Shown here piece by piece: positions 34,174 to 45,378 of a stretch of DNA of 64,000 nucleotides. The notes under the pieces were generated by a model. The model saw nothing but the letters and a program-made list of their open reading frames with translations, was not told where the DNA came from and ran no database searches. The DNA lies in assembly GCA_902598015.1 (NCBI GenBank), contig CACJZT010000001.1:101628-165627 (forward strand), given 5' to 3'. Made by a program: the position numbers and the translations under genes. Each line of letters opens with the position of its first letter. Within the stretch, counting starts at the first letter, position 1. Origin of the DNA: an uncultured Pelagibacteraceae bacterium (GTDB taxonomy: Bacteria; Pseudomonadota; Alphaproteobacteria; Pelagibacterales; Pelagibacteraceae).

Positions 34174-35223
34174 TTAATTTCGTAATTCTCTAAAAACTTT
34201 GAATGCCTGATTTATTTCTTTAACATCATGAACCCTTAGAATTTGAACCCCTTGAAGATATGCTTGAATACAAGAAGATATAGTTCCACCAATTCTATCT
34301 TTAGTATCATTCTCTTTTGATATATCTTTAATAAATTTCTTTCTAGACAAACCCAACATTACAGGAAGACCTAATGAATGAAAAATAGAAATATTCTTTA
34401 TGAGAGTAATATTATGTTTCAAATTTTTTCCAAAACCAATTCCAGGATCTAATATAATATTATTATGCTTAATACCTTGTTTTCTCAAATATTTTAATTT
34501 TGTTTCAAAGAAGTCATAGATGTCAAGTAGTACATTTTTATATGTGGGTTTAATTTGCATATTTTTTGGCGTTCCTTTCATATGATGAATTACAAAAGGT
34601 TTTTTAGTTTTTTTTAAATAATTTATAGTTTTAGAGTCGTAAGTTAATCCAGATACATCATTTATAAGGTCTATTTTTAATTTAGAAGCTTTCTCCATGA
34701 CAAAACTTTTTCTGGTATCTAACGAGACAAAACTTTTTTTATTTTTTAAAATTTTTAAAATATTCTTAATTCTATCCCATTCTTTCCTAGGGTGAATATC
34801 ATTTGCACCTGGTCTTGTAGATTCTCCGCCTATATCTATTATTTTTGCGCCACTAGATAATAAACTATTAACACGTCTTTTAGCTAAATTTTTTTTATTG
34901 TATTTACCACCATCGGAAAAACTATCTGGAGTTAAATTAATTATACCCATTAAAATTGGTATATTGGACAAGTTTAATTTTTTAAAAGTTTTCTTTTTTT
35001 TTATATTTTTTAAATCGCTATTAACTTTAATTTTTAGTTTATTGTTAAGTTTAGTAATATCTTTGAGATTAATAATCTTACTTTTTTTTCTATCTATGAT
35101 TTCTATTTTATCAAAAGAGATATCATTATAGCCATTAAGAGGAATAGACTTTTTTTCTTTAATATATTTTTTTGATGTTGTTCCGTAATAAAAATTACAC
35201 GCTCTAGTGTAATATTTATTCAT
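34174..35223 (-). CDS. folP: Dihydropteroate synthase with N-terminal extension
   Basis: NLTPDSFSDGG, GGESTRPG, DPGIGF, SRK, RVHDV. Confidence 0.95.
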   Translation of the reverse strand: MNKYYTRACNFYYGTTSKKYIKEKKSIPLNGYNDISFDKIEIIDRKKSKIINLKDITKLNNKLKIKVNSDLKNIKKKKTFKKLNLSNIPILMGIINLTPDSFSDGGKYNKKNLAKRRVNSLLSSGAKIIDIGGESTRPGANDIHPRKEWDRIKNILKILKNKKSFVSLDTRKSFVMEKASKLKIDLINDVSGLTYDSKTINYLKKTKKPFVIHHMKGTPKNMQIKPTYKNVLLDIYDFFETKLKYLRKQGIKHNNIILDPGIGFGKNLKHNITLIKNISIFHSLGLPVMLGLSRKKFIKDISKENDTKDRIGGTISSCIQAYLQGVQILRVHDVKEINQAFKVFRELRN

Positions 35224-35229
35224 TAGTGC

Positions 35230-37122
35230 TTAGTGCACTATCTTTGGTTTTAAGCCCATCGAACCAAGTGCTGAGCTTTGATCATCGTCTTCTACTTTTA
35301 GATCTTCTTTATTTTTTGGATATATGTTTTTATTTATTAAATCCTCAATTTCTGCACCTGTCAAAGTTTCATAAGTTAATAAAGCTTTTGCTAATTTGTG
35401 CAAATCATCAATTTTTTCTGTCAATACTTTTCTTGCCCTCTCATAGCCCATATCAACAAATTTTCTAATTTCACTGTCTACTTTTCTAGCAGTTTCCTCT
35501 GACATATTTTGTTGTCTAGCAACAGATCTTCCCAAAAATACTTCCTCTTCGTTTTCTCCATAAGCAACTGGTCCCATTTCCTTACTCAATCCAGCTCTCA
35601 TAACCATAGCCCTTGCTCTTTTAGTTGCTTGTTCAATATCACTTGCTGCTCCTGTAGTTACTTTGTCATCTCCAAAAATTATTTCCTCTGCAACTCTTCC
35701 ACCCATAGCAATGGCCATTTGTGCATGAAGCTGTTCCCTTGTTTGAGAAACTTCATCTCTTTCAGGTAATTGCATAACCATTCCTAGAGCTCTTCCTCTT
35801 GGTATTATTGTTGCTTTATGTATAGGATAAGCGGCTTTTTCATTTATTGTTACAATTGCATGTCCAGCTTCATGGTAAGCAGTTAATTTCTTTTCCTCTT
35901 CTGACATAACCATAGATCTTCTTTCGGATCCCATCATTACTTTATCTTTAGCCTCTTCAAATTCTTGATATGTGACAATTCTTTTATTTTTTCTTGCAGC
36001 TAGCAATGCTGCTTCATTAACGAGGTTTGCTAAATCTGCACCAGAAAATCCTGGTGTTCCTCTAGCAACTGTTCTTAAATTAACATCAGGTGCCATTGAT
36101 ATTTTCTTAGCGTGGACTTTTAAAATCTTTTCTCTTCCAATTAGATCTGGATTTGAAACTACAACTTGCCTATCAAATCTTCCTGGTCTTAAAAGAGCTG
36201 GATCTAATACGTCTGGTCTATTAGTAGCAGCAATAATAATTACACCTTCATTAGTATCAAAACCATCCATCTCGACTAATAGCTGATTAAGAGTTTGCTC
36301 TCTTTCATCGTTTCCTCCACCAAGGCCTGCTCCCCTACTTCTTCCTACTGCATCAATCTCGTCAATGAAAATTATACATGGAGAATGTTTTTTACCTTGT
36401 TCAAACATATCTCTAACTCTTGAAGCTCCAACACCAACGAACATTTCAACAAAATCTGATCCGGAAATCGTGAAGAATGGAACTCCAGCTTCTCCAGCAA
36501 TTGCTCTTGCTAATAATGTTTTACCTGTACCTGGTGGACCCACTAATAAACATCCTCTTGGTATCTTGCCACCTAGTCTACTGAATTTTCTTGGATCTTT
36601 TAAAAATTCAACAACTTCCTCTACTTCTTCTTTTGCCTCTTCAACACCAGCAACATCATTAAAGGTAACCTTACCTTTCACTTCGTTCATCATTTTTGCT
36701 TTCGATCTGCCAAATCCCATAGCACCACCTTTTCCTCCTTGCATTTGCCTCATGAAAAAAATCCAAACTGCAATTAGTAAAAGCATTGGGAACCATGAAA
36801 GTAATATTCCTAACAATGAAGGCATTTTCTCTTCTAACGGACTAGCTGAGATGCTAACGCCTTTGTCACTAAGTTTTTGAATTAAATTCGGATCTTCAGG
36901 AGCATAAGTAGTGAATTGATTCCCATTTGAGAATACACCCTTTATATTTTTTCCTTGTATCTCTACTTTAACAACTCTTCCATTATCTACCTCAGTCAAA
37001 AATTCAGAGAAAATAATTTTATTTTTTTGAGAAATCGAACCTTGTGGGTTCTTAAACATATTGTATAGGCCAATCGTCAAAACAACGATTACACCCCACA
37101 TTGCTAAATTTTTAAAATTCAT
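35230..37122 (-). CDS. ftsH: ATP-dependent zinc metalloprotease FtsH
   Basis: Two TM segments, [24 protein letters not shown]. Confidence 0.98.
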   Translation of the reverse strand: MNFKNLAMWGVIVVLTIGLYNMFKNPQGSISQKNKIIFSEFLTEVDNGRVVKVEIQGKNIKGVFSNGNQFTTYAPEDPNLIQKLSDKGVSISASPLEEKMPSLLGILLSWFPMLLLIAVWIFFMRQMQGGKGGAMGFGRSKAKMMNEVKGKVTFNDVAGVEEAKEEVEEVVEFLKDPRKFSRLGGKIPRGCLLVGPPGTGKTLLARAIAGEAGVPFFTISGSDFVEMFVGVGASRVRDMFEQGKKHSPCIIFIDEIDAVGRSRGAGLGGGNDEREQTLNQLLVEMDGFDTNEGVIIIAATNRPDVLDPALLRPGRFDRQVVVSNPDLIGREKILKVHAKKISMAPDVNLRTVARGTPGFSGADLANLVNEAALLAARKNKRIVTYQEFEEAKDKVMMGSERRSMVMSEEEKKLTAYHEAGHAIVTINEKAAYPIHKATIIPRGRALGMVMQLPERDEVSQTREQLHAQMAIAMGGRVAEEIIFGDDKVTTGAASDIEQATKRARAMVMRAGLSKEMGPVAYGENEEEVFLGRSVARQQNMSEETARKVDSEIRKFVDMGYERARKVLTEKIDDLHKLAKALLTYETLTGAEIEDLINKNIYPKNKEDLKVEDDDQSSALGSMGLKPKIVH

Positions 37123-37186
37123 CAGACATTAAATTAAGAATTATTATAAAATTAACAAGTGTCATTTTGATCATTTAATAAAAAAA

Positions 37187-38239
37187 TTATCGATTTTCTT
37201 GGTAAATAACGACTGAATTGCTTATTTTTTCAATAATACATCCAGAAAGTGTTAATTTTACTTTTTTGTTAGAAAACCTTAAAGAATCTATAAGTCCAAG
37301 AACCTTTTTGCCTCGTGGATAGTTTTTTTTATTACTAATGTTTTGAATTACACGTGTAAAACTTCTCAAAATAATTTCCTCTGGATTTTTAAAGAAAGAA
37401 TGGTTTAATATTATCCTTTTATCTTTCTCAAAATATTTTGAATTTTCAACAACATTTTTCTCTACAAAAAAGTCGATAACTTTATTACTTTTTGATAAAT
37501 TTTGTAAAGTTAGATAGAATTTATTAAACTTTAGACCTTCTTTATCTAAATTTATTAGAAGTTTTCTAATTCTACTCCTTAAAAATTTATCATCATTATT
37601 TGTAGGATCGTCTACAAAAAATCCAAAAGTTTTTTTATTCGTTTTAAATAGATCTTTTTTTGATGTAGACAGAAATGGTCTAATAACCTTAATACCATTA
37701 TAATTTATTACTTTTTTGTCAAAAGAGACAAGTCCTTTTAAACCAGAGCCTCTTAAAAATCTTATAAAAAAATTTTCAATTAAATCATCTTTATGATGCC
37801 CTAATATAAGGTAGTCTATTTTTTGTTTATTGCACTCTTTAAAAAATAAATTATATCGTAAGTCTCTTGCATAAGACTGAATATTCTTATCAATTTTGGC
37901 AATTTTTTTTGAGAGAATTTTACAATTAATTTTAAAGTTTTGATTAAGTTTATACTTCAAGTTTTTAGCTTCAATTGTAGATTCTTTTCTTAGTTTATGA
38001 TCTATTATTACAGGATACAATTTAACACGATTTTTCAAAGCATAGCACTGAGAGAAAAATAAAACAGCTAAGCTGTCAGCCCCACCAGATACCCCAACCA
38101 TAATCTTTTTATTGCTCAAATCCAAAGATGCGAGGTTATTTGAAAATAGATTGTATAATTTTCTTACCTGGGGATCCTTTAATTTTGTTAGATAAAAATT
38201 AGGAGTTTTCTTTGTTACACTCAAACTTTTTCTCTTCAT
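37187..38239 (-). CDS. tilS: tRNA(Ile)-lysidine synthase
   Basis: PP-loop SGGADS, ARDLRY, GHHKDD, RPFL, DPTN; start estimated at MKRKS (38239). Confidence 0.92.
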   Translation of the reverse strand: MKRKSLSVTKKTPNFYLTKLKDPQVRKLYNLFSNNLASLDLSNKKIMVGVSGGADSLAVLFFSQCYALKNRVKLYPVIIDHKLRKESTIEAKNLKYKLNQNFKINCKILSKKIAKIDKNIQSYARDLRYNLFFKECNKQKIDYLILGHHKDDLIENFFIRFLRGSGLKGLVSFDKKVINYNGIKVIRPFLSTSKKDLFKTNKKTFGFFVDDPTNNDDKFLRSRIRKLLINLDKEGLKFNKFYLTLQNLSKSNKVIDFFVEKNVVENSKYFEKDKRIILNHSFFKNPEEIILRSFTRVIQNISNKKNYPRGKKVLGLIDSLRFSNKKVKLTLSGCIIEKISNSVVIYQENR

Positions 38240-39203
38240 ATTTAGCTTTTTGAAGTACTGATTGAGTAGCATTTGGATACTGTTTTTTAACACCAGCAAT
38301 CATTAAGCAACCCTGATCTTTCTCTCCTATTTGAACTAAAGATACACCAAGCTTCAAAAGGTTAATAGGTGCTTTTTCACTCTTGGGATATTTTTGATAA
38401 CCTTCTAAATAAGCAGATGCTGCGTCCGTGTAAAGCTGTCTTATTCTAAAAGTTTCTGCATACCAATATTGTGCATTTCCAGAAAGATCATTATCTGGAT
38501 TTGTGTCCACAAATTCTCTGAACGCCCTTTCTGCCATATTATAATCTCCAACTTTTAAAAAACTTGTTGCAAATTCATATTGTTCTAAAGGAGATGCATC
38601 AGGTAAAATTTTTTCCTCATTAATAAAGTTTTCAGTCAAGATCGTATTAGTTGTCTCAACTGATTGAATTGCCTGTGTATCACTTTTGACTGTCATATCT
38701 TTATAAGATATTGTTCCTAAATCTTGAGGTTGAGATGTGCCCGGCATAATTTTTTTGCTGACTAGATTTGTCTCTGAATTTTCATTTGTTAATAAATTTT
38801 GTTCATTAATTTCATTTTTTTGAACAAGGCTAGAATTGTTTTCTAAATCTTGAAATCTTAATTGGTTATCAGCTTGTGTTTTGGACAGTCTAGACGATAA
38901 TTTGTCTACTTTAAAATTTATTTCCTCAAATTTGTTAGTCAAATTTTGAAATTGTTTTTCTATTTCAGATAATTTTAACAAATGTCTTGTCAAGGCATCT
39001 TCTGTTTCTTTATTTGACAAAGAGGTTTCTGCTCCAGTTTTTTTCTGAAATGACTCTGAATAAACTGCTCTTTCCAATGTTCTAAGATCTTTTTGAATAA
39101 TTTCTAAAATTTCTCTCATATTCAATTCCTCAGAACCTGCGCTAAATGTAATAAAAAAAATAGAAATTATATAAATAAAAATATTAATAAACTTTTTAAA
39201 CAT
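38199..39203 (-). CDS. cpoB: Tol-Pal associated TPR protein CpoB/YbgF
   Basis: Signal peptide, coiled coil, TPR NAQYWYAE...KAPINLLKLG; follows pal. Confidence 0.88.
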   Translation of the reverse strand: MFKKFINIFIYIISIFFITFSAGSEELNMREILEIIQKDLRTLERAVYSESFQKKTGAETSLSNKETEDALTRHLLKLSEIEKQFQNLTNKFEEINFKVDKLSSRLSKTQADNQLRFQDLENNSSLVQKNEINEQNLLTNENSETNLVSKKIMPGTSQPQDLGTISYKDMTVKSDTQAIQSVETTNTILTENFINEEKILPDASPLEQYEFATSFLKVGDYNMAERAFREFVDTNPDNDLSGNAQYWYAETFRIRQLYTDAASAYLEGYQKYPKSEKAPINLLKLGVSLVQIGEKDQGCLMIAGVKKQYPNATQSVLQKAKYEEKKFECNKENS

Positions 39204-39231
39204 TAAATTATTCTTTTATTATAATGATGGC

Positions 39232-39275
39232 AAAAAAAAGACCCTCAAATTATTTATAATAATTTCAGGGTCTTT
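39232..39275 (-). terminator. Rho-independent terminator after pal
   Basis: Inverted repeat AAAGACCCTcAAATTAT / ATAATTTcAGGGTCTTT with a T8 tract on the minus strand. Confidence 0.8.
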
Positions 39276-39292
39276 AAATATTTAAAATAGCT

Positions 39293-39781
39293 TTAATTAG
39301 CTTTTACAGTTACAGATCTTCTATTCTTAGACCAAGAAAGCGGATTTGAACCTGAGTCAACTGGTCTTTCTTTACCATAACTTATTACTGAAATTCTATC
39401 TGCAGATATCCCGTAAGTGATCAGATAATCTTTAGCAGCATTTGCTCTTCTTTCGCCTAATGCCAAGTTATATTCTCTTGTTCCTCTTTCATCGGCATGA
39501 CCTTCGACTACAACATTGATGCTAGAATTCTCTCTTAACCAGTTTGCTTGTTTTCTTAATGTGTCTCTTGATTTAGTTGTTAAAATAGACTCGTTTGTTG
39601 CAAAAAATACTCTGTCTGGAACACCGTCAGCTAAATATTTAACAGTATCATTACCTGTATAAACATCACCTTGCATTTGACCCTCTACTTTTGTAGTGGT
39701 TGTTTTCGTTGCACAAGCCGATACGATTAAACTTAATAATATAACTAGAAAAGTATTTCTAAATGATTTACTAAAATTCAT
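39293..39781 (-). CDS. pal: Peptidoglycan-associated lipoprotein
   Basis: Lipobox VSAC, EGHADERGTREYNLALGERRA, SYGKERP; AAGGAG Shine-Dalgarno. Confidence 0.97.
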   Translation of the reverse strand: MNFSKSFRNTFLVILLSLIVSACATKTTTTKVEGQMQGDVYTGNDTVKYLADGVPDRVFFATNESILTTKSRDTLRKQANWLRENSSINVVVEGHADERGTREYNLALGERRANAAKDYLITYGISADRISVISYGKERPVDSGSNPLSWSKNRRSVTVKAN

Positions 39782-39880
39782 TAATGCTCCTTAATATTTT
39801 ATTAGAACTTTTTCACAACTAATTAGATGTTTCAAGCATAAAAATCAACTTAATTTATATTAAAAATTAATAAAAAAGCC

Positions 39881-41227
39881 CTAATTACTTAATAAAGACG
39901 ACCAAGATGGGTCAGAGGCATCCGTCTCTGTTTGAACTTGCCTTTCGTTATAACCTGTAAGATCTATAGACCATAACTTGGCACTAAATCCTTCACCTTT
40001 GTCGTTAGATTTGGTCTCTCTATAAAAAATTAACACTCTTCCATTTGGAGACCAGGAAGGAGCTTCTTGATAGTAATTTTCAGTCAATAATCTTTCTCCA
40101 GAACCATCGGTTCGCATAACACCGATATAAAATTTACCTTTATGTAATTTTGTAAACGCAATTAAATCACCTCTTGGAGACCATACAGGCGTGCCATACA
40201 ACCCTTTGCCAAATGAAATTCTTTTTACATTTGAACCATCAGATTTCATTACATAGATTTGTTGAAACCCACTTCTATCAGAATTAAATGTTATAAATCG
40301 ATTATCAGGTGAGTAAGAAGGCGATGTATCAATTGATGGATGATTAGTTATTCTTTCAACAATTCTATTTTCTAAATCCATTGTATAAATATCTGAGTTT
40401 CCATCTTTTGCAAAACTCATAATAATTTTTTTTCCATTTGGTGAAAATCGTGGAGCAAATGTCATGCCTGGAAAATCACCAACTACTTCTTGAGTACCAG
40501 TTTCAATATCTAATAAATATACTCTTGGTAGATTTTTAAAATAAGATAGGTAAGTCACCATTTGACTTGTCGGATTAAATCGAGGAGTTAAAACTAATTC
40601 ATTTCCTAATGTTAAATATTTTGTGTTAAAACCATCTTGATCCATAATAGCTAACTTCTTAACTCTTGCAGTCTTAGGTCCTTCTTCAGATACATAAATA
40701 ATTCTGGTATCGAAATATCCTTTTTCTCCGGTTAATCTTTCATAAACTTTATCAGAAATTATATGTCCAACTCTCCTCCAATTACTTGGAACCGTTGTAA
40801 ATGCTAAAGCCATCATTTCTCTTCCGGCTAAAATATCCCATAGTCTAAATTCAACTTTTAATTTTTTGTCCTCAATTGTTACTTTGCCTGTGATTAAAGC
40901 TTGAGCTTTAATCAATGCCCAATCCTCAAATCTTGGTTTTAAATGAGCAATATCTGGCTTTTGTAAAAATGCTTCTTTACTAAGAGGATTGAATAAACCT
41001 GAAATTTTCAAATTATTTTCTACAACTAATGAAATCTCAGATCCAACATTTTCAATTTTAATTTCATTAATTGAATTTCTTTTTGAACTATCATCTTGAA
41101 ACAATGGAGAAACTGCAATTGGTAACGGATCTAAATTACCCCTGGTTATATCAATCTCTATTAAAGGATAAGCCTTTGCTGATAATAAAAAAAATATAAT
41201 AAAAAATAAATTAAATATTCTAATCAT
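39881..41227 (-). CDS. tolB: Tol-Pal beta-propeller protein TolB
   Basis: [14 protein letters not shown]40 repeats (PRFSP, PSYSP, PVWSP, PSWSP). Confidence 0.96.
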   Translation of the reverse strand: MIRIFNLFFIIFFLLSAKAYPLIEIDITRGNLDPLPIAVSPLFQDDSSKRNSINEIKIENVGSEISLVVENNLKISGLFNPLSKEAFLQKPDIAHLKPRFEDWALIKAQALITGKVTIEDKKLKVEFRLWDILAGREMMALAFTTVPSNWRRVGHIISDKVYERLTGEKGYFDTRIIYVSEEGPKTARVKKLAIMDQDGFNTKYLTLGNELVLTPRFNPTSQMVTYLSYFKNLPRVYLLDIETGTQEVVGDFPGMTFAPRFSPNGKKIIMSFAKDGNSDIYTMDLENRIVERITNHPSIDTSPSYSPDNRFITFNSDRSGFQQIYVMKSDGSNVKRISFGKGLYGTPVWSPRGDLIAFTKLHKGKFYIGVMRTDGSGERLLTENYYQEAPSWSPNGRVLIFYRETKSNDKGEGFSAKLWSIDLTGYNERQVQTETDASDPSWSSLLSN

Positions 41228-42195
41228 TATCCTCCAAGCATATCACGTGCATCAAAATTTAAAATCATATTTTTCCATCTTTCATAACCACTTGTAGGAA
41301 CTTTTAATGGATTACACAACTGAATAGCTCGTCTTACACTATCTGCAAGTGTTCTAAATTTTTCTTTACCAGGTGTATTCATTTTTACATGATCTAACAT
41401 TTCAAGTTTTTCAATTGTTCCGTCCGGTTTTAATTGGAGTTTAACTCTAACTAATAAATCTTCACTAAATGGCAAACCTATAGGAACACTCCAGCATGTA
41501 AATATTTGAGCCTTTAATGCGTCCTCTTCACTTAGGGTTAATTTTGAATAATCCATAGTTTCATCGGTTGATTGAGAAATCTTATCAACTTCTTTTTTTG
41601 TTTCTGCTAAATTTTCTTTTTTTTTATCAATTAAAGCTGCAATTTCATTTAAATCTAATTTTTCTTTCTTTTCAAATTCTGAAACTTGTTTAACTTTTTT
41701 TTCATCCAAAATTGGTTTTTTTGTTTGAACTATTTTTTTTATATTTTCATCATTGATTTCCTTAGAAGGTTTCTGCTTTTTTTCTTCTTTAGGTTGAATT
41801 TTTTGTTTATCTTCATTTGGCATAGGTACAGCATTTAATTTTTCTTTTTTTAACCTTTCTATTTTATTTTCACTGGTTGGTGTTTTTTTTGATGCAACCT
41901 TAGAAATTTCATTTTTTTTTTTATCAGTTTGAACTTCTTTTTTTTCATCTTTTTTTACTTTTTTAGGAGGAGCCTGTTCAGACAAAAGCTTTTCATTTTC
42001 TTTTTTTGCCTTCTCAATTATTTTTGATGCTTTTGGTGCAAAAGGAATATTTGTCTTTTCAGCTATTTGAATAAGCTCAACAGAAATAAGAGGTGGGATA
42101 TCCAAAGGTTTTTTGGCAACAAATGGTAAAGCCAAAATACTCACCATAACAATAGCAACATGAAATCCAGATGAGATTAAAAGACCTCGATACAT
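41227..42195 (-). CDS. tolA: TolA-like protein
   Basis: N-terminal TM with S..H motif, Lys/Glu-rich linker, C-terminal CW...C-NPL domain; lies between tolR and tolB. Confidence 0.85.
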   Translation of the reverse strand: MYRGLLISSGFHVAIVMVSILALPFVAKKPLDIPPLISVELIQIAEKTNIPFAPKASKIIEKAKKENEKLLSEQAPPKKVKKDEKKEVQTDKKKNEISKVASKKTPTSENKIERLKKEKLNAVPMPNEDKQKIQPKEEKKQKPSKEINDENIKKIVQTKKPILDEKKVKQVSEFEKKEKLDLNEIAALIDKKKENLAETKKEVDKISQSTDETMDYSKLTLSEEDALKAQIFTCWSVPIGLPFSEDLLVRVKLQLKPDGTIEKLEMLDHVKMNTPGKEKFRTLADSVRRAIQLCNPLKVPTSGYERWKNMILNFDARDMLGG

Positions 42196-42200
42196 AATCT

Positions 42201-42617
42201 TTATCTCTCTTTATTCGGTTCAGATATTAAAGCTACTTTTGTAAATCCTGACCCTGAAAGCATTCCCATAATTTCAAGAACCCTTCCATAGTTAATAGCT
42301 TTGTCTCCCCTAACATATATTCTTGTATCAGTTCTATTATTTGACACAGCCAATATTTTTACTATTAAATTATTAAATTCAACTTTTGTTTCCTGAATAA
42401 AAATTTCACCTTTAGAATTAATTGTTAAAGTTAAAGGTTCATTTTCCTCAGGAAGTGTATCAGCAGAAGTTTCTGGTAAATCTACCTGGACTCCTACAGT
42501 AAGTAATGGTGCAGTGACCATGAATATAATTAGTAAAACCAACATTACATCAACAAATGGTGTAACATTAATTTCACTCATTGGATCGTTTTTTGAACTT
42601 TTGAGCTTAAATCCCAT
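42201..42617 (-). CDS. tolR: TolR
   Basis: INVTPFVDVMLVLLIIFM. Confidence 0.95.
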   Translation of the reverse strand: MGFKLKSSKNDPMSEINVTPFVDVMLVLLIIFMVTAPLLTVGVQVDLPETSADTLPEENEPLTLTINSKGEIFIQETKVEFNNLIVKILAVSNNRTDTRIYVRGDKAINYGRVLEIMGMLSGSGFTKVALISEPNKER

Positions 42618-43292
42618 TTAAATAATTGATAAGAATCTTTTTGAAAAATTTTCTAATTTTTGTGAGTATTTTCTAGAGTCTGAATTAAATTTATTGTAAG
42701 CAATTACAGCAGGAATTGCAGCTAATAATCCAAGTGCAGTTGCAAATAAGGCTTCTGCAATTCCTGGGGCAACTATTGCAAGACTAGTATTTCTTGAAAT
42801 TGCAATAGATTGAAATGAATTCATAATTCCCCAAACAGTACCAAACAACCCTATAAATGGAGCTGTAGATCCAACAGTTGCTAAAAAACTATTATACTTT
42901 TCAACTGCAACCATTTGTTTTTCAATATTTACTTCTAAAACACTAGATAACCTTTCAGATAGATTTGATTTTGATCTAGTTTTCATAACTGTTTGCATAG
43001 AACTTTTAAATAATTTTGCCATAGGATCCTCAATGTTTGAAGGCAGACTGTTATAAAAAGTTTCAGCAGACTTTGATTTCCAGAATTTCTCTTCGAATTC
43101 CTCTGCGCTTTTATTAATTTTTCTAAACATTCTTATTTTTTCAAATATTATTGCCCACGAATAAATAGAACTTAAAATTAATATTATTATTACTGACTTA
43201 ACAATTATATCCGCGCGCAAAAATAAACTAATTAAAGAAAAATCTGTATTACTTGCTAAACCTAAGCTTTGTGTTGCAATATCTGCTTCCAT
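42618..43292 (-). CDS. tolQ: TolQ
   Basis: PFIGLFGTVWGIM, APGIAEAL. Confidence 0.96.
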   Translation of the reverse strand: MEADIATQSLGLASNTDFSLISLFLRADIIVKSVIIILILSSIYSWAIIFEKIRMFRKINKSAEEFEEKFWKSKSAETFYNSLPSNIEDPMAKLFKSSMQTVMKTRSKSNLSERLSSVLEVNIEKQMVAVEKYNSFLATVGSTAPFIGLFGTVWGIMNSFQSIAISRNTSLAIVAPGIAEALFATALGLLAAIPAVIAYNKFNSDSRKYSQKLENFSKRFLSII

Positions 43293-43348
43293 TCAATCGT
43301 TTCACATTAAAATATGTCATTAATTTGACTTCAAAAAACTCTAATATT

Positions 43349-43846
43349 CTAGTTATCGTTGTTTTCCCTAGTATTTTCAAAATACTGAGCAATTAAAATA
43401 GCATCTGCTTTATTATTATCTTTTTTTCTTGATAACTTGTTAGAAATTTTAGGAAACATCTCTATTACTTTAGTTCTACTGGCATCCTTTTCTGAATTAA
43501 TCAAATTAAAATATTTTTTCCATTTTGCTGGTCTAACATAAAAAATGGGAAGCTCCATTGCAGAACATATGCCTTTAATAACTCCAAATGATTGTCCAAA
43601 ATTAAACATGCTTGTTACACCTTGTCCCGGCATAGCAGAAACATGTTCGACTATTACACTCATTTTTTCATTCATAAATTTATTTTTTATTAGCATTATT
43701 TCATTATAAATTTGCCTACCATTAACTTGTTTTTTATTTTTTTTTCCTTCTGCCATTGTAGGCATGTCGATGACATCAATAACTTTCCCATCAGAAAAAA
43801 AACAAATAGCACCTGCTATTCCTGGATCAATTCCAACGATTATCAT
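43349..43846 (-). CDS. RuvC-fold Holliday junction resolvase of phage/MOC1-like type
   Basis: GIDPG, IVE, MPGQGVTSMFNFG, PAKWKK, KDASR, KADAILIA; occupies the ruvC position after yebC. Confidence 0.78.
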   Translation of the reverse strand: MIIVGIDPGIAGAICFFSDGKVIDVIDMPTMAEGKKNKKQVNGRQIYNEIMLIKNKFMNEKMSVIVEHVSAMPGQGVTSMFNFGQSFGVIKGICSAMELPIFYVRPAKWKKYFNLINSEKDASRTKVIEMFPKISNKLSRKKDNNKADAILIAQYFENTRENNDN

Positions 43847-44569
43847 TTAACCTTCAAAGTTAACATTTGTATAAACATTTTGTACATCATCCTCATCCTC
43901 AAGAGTCTCTAAAAATTTTGCCATATTTTGAATTTCTTCACCTTTAAGAGATACTTTATTTATAGGTAGCCACTCAATTTCAGTAGAAAGAAAATTAACA
44001 ATAACTTTTTCAAATTTTTTTTTTACCTCATATATTTCATCTATATCCGTATGCACTTCATGAAATTCATCACGAGAAATACAATCATTTGCACCTGATT
44101 CGATTGCTAATTCAAAAATTTTATCTTGTTCAATTTCATTTTTGTCTATTTTAATTACACCCAATCTTTGAAAATTATGTGATGCAGAGCCCTGTGTTCC
44201 TAAAGAACCGTTATTTTTTGAAAATATTGTTCTTATATTAGAAGCAGTTCTATTTTTATTATCAGTCAATGCTTCAACTATTACAGCAGATTTGCTTGGC
44301 CCAAAACCTTCATACCTAATATTTTCAAAATTTGATTGATCATTGATAGAAGATTTTTCAATTGCTCTCTCAATATTTTCTTTTGGCATGTTAGCTGATC
44401 TGGCTGCTTGTATTGCTGATCTTAGTCTCGAATTCATATCAGGGTTCTTATCTCCTAGTTTTGCGGCTACAGTGATTTCTCTTGAGAGTTTAGAAAAAAT
44501 TTTAGATCTCTGCTTGTCAACTTTACCTTTTTTATGTTTAATACCTGCCCAATGTGAATGTCCAGCCAT
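43847..44569 (-). CDS. yebC: YebC/PmpR-family protein
   Basis: MAGHSHWAGIKHKK, YEGFGP, LTDNKNRT, LEDEDDVQNVY; real start 44569. Confidence 0.95.
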   Translation of the reverse strand: MAGHSHWAGIKHKKGKVDKQRSKIFSKLSREITVAAKLGDKNPDMNSRLRSAIQAARSANMPKENIERAIEKSSINDQSNFENIRYEGFGPSKSAVIVEALTDNKNRTASNIRTIFSKNNGSLGTQGSASHNFQRLGVIKIDKNEIEQDKIFELAIESGANDCISRDEFHEVHTDIDEIYEVKKKFEKVIVNFLSTEIEWLPINKVSLKGEEIQNMAKFLETLEDEDDVQNVYTNVNFEG

Positions 44570-44571
44570 AA

Positions 44572-45378
44572 TTAATTTATGTTTTTTAAACTTCCACCAA
44601 AAATGAAGCTTTCTATATTTTTTGCAAGTCCATTTCTTACATCGCATTCTACAACTACCCCACTCAGAGATGCCTCTCCATTGGCAGGAAAATGTTTTAC
44701 AGATTCTTTTTTTAGAAATCTGTTAATCGAATTTTGTGAATTCATACCAATGACCGAGTCATAGTCACCACACATTCCAGCATCGGTAATATAGCTAGTT
44801 CCATTTTTTAGAACTCTTGCATCATTTGTTGGCACGTGTGTGTGAGTACCTACAACTAAAGTTGCATATCCATCAAATAGATTGCCAATAGCCATTTTTT
44901 CACTTGTTATTTCTCCATGAAAATCCACTATTAAAAAATCATAATCTTTTGAAATTTTTTTTTGTGCAATAAATTCTGTAGCAATTTTAAAAACATCATC
45001 ACTTTTTTTCATAAAAACGTTACCCATAAGATTAAGCACACCAACTTTCAGATTTTTTTTTGAATTAAATATGGAAAAACCTTTACCTGGTAAATTTCCA
45101 CTCATATTTATTGGTCTTAATAATTTTTTTTCAGTTTTTATATATTCATAAATTTCCTTTTGATCCCATACATGATTGCCAGTTGTAATTACATCTACAC
45201 CTACATTAAAAAGTTCATTAGCAATATTTTCGGTAAGACCTACACCTTCACTGGCTGCATTTTCACCGTTAACACAAACAAAATCTATACCTTTTTTTGA
45301 GACTATGTTTGGCAAGTTTTTTTTTACTGATTTAAAGCCTGCGTCTCCAACTATATCACCTAAAAATAAAATCCTCAT
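44572..45378 (-). CDS. YmdB-like (TIGR00282-type) metallophosphoesterase
   Basis: GDIVG, NGEN, GNH, DFHGE, GTHTH, TDAGMCG. Confidence 0.92.
   Translation of the reverse strand: MRILFLGDIVGDAGFKSVKKNLPNIVSKKGIDFVCVNGENAASEGVGLTENIANELFNVGVDVITTGNHVWDQKEIYEYIKTEKKLLRPINMSGNLPGKGFSIFNSKKNLKVGVLNLMGNVFMKKSDDVFKIATEFIAQKKISKDYDFLIVDFHGEITSEKMAIGNLFDGYATLVVGTHTHVPTNDARVLKNGTSYITDAGMCGDYDSVIGMNSQNSINRFLKKESVKHFPANGEASLSGVVVECDVRNGLAKNIESFIFGGSLKNIN

Noticed and set aside
41560-42030. Low-complexity Lys/Glu-rich sequence
   Set aside because: Normal TolA linker; no true tandem nucleotide repeat
44570-44647. N-terminal extension of yebC in the ORF track (similar extensions for tilS, ygfA, leuA and degP)
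   Set aside because: Family N-termini or tight gene junctions point to downstream starts; the extensions mostly overlap upstream genes
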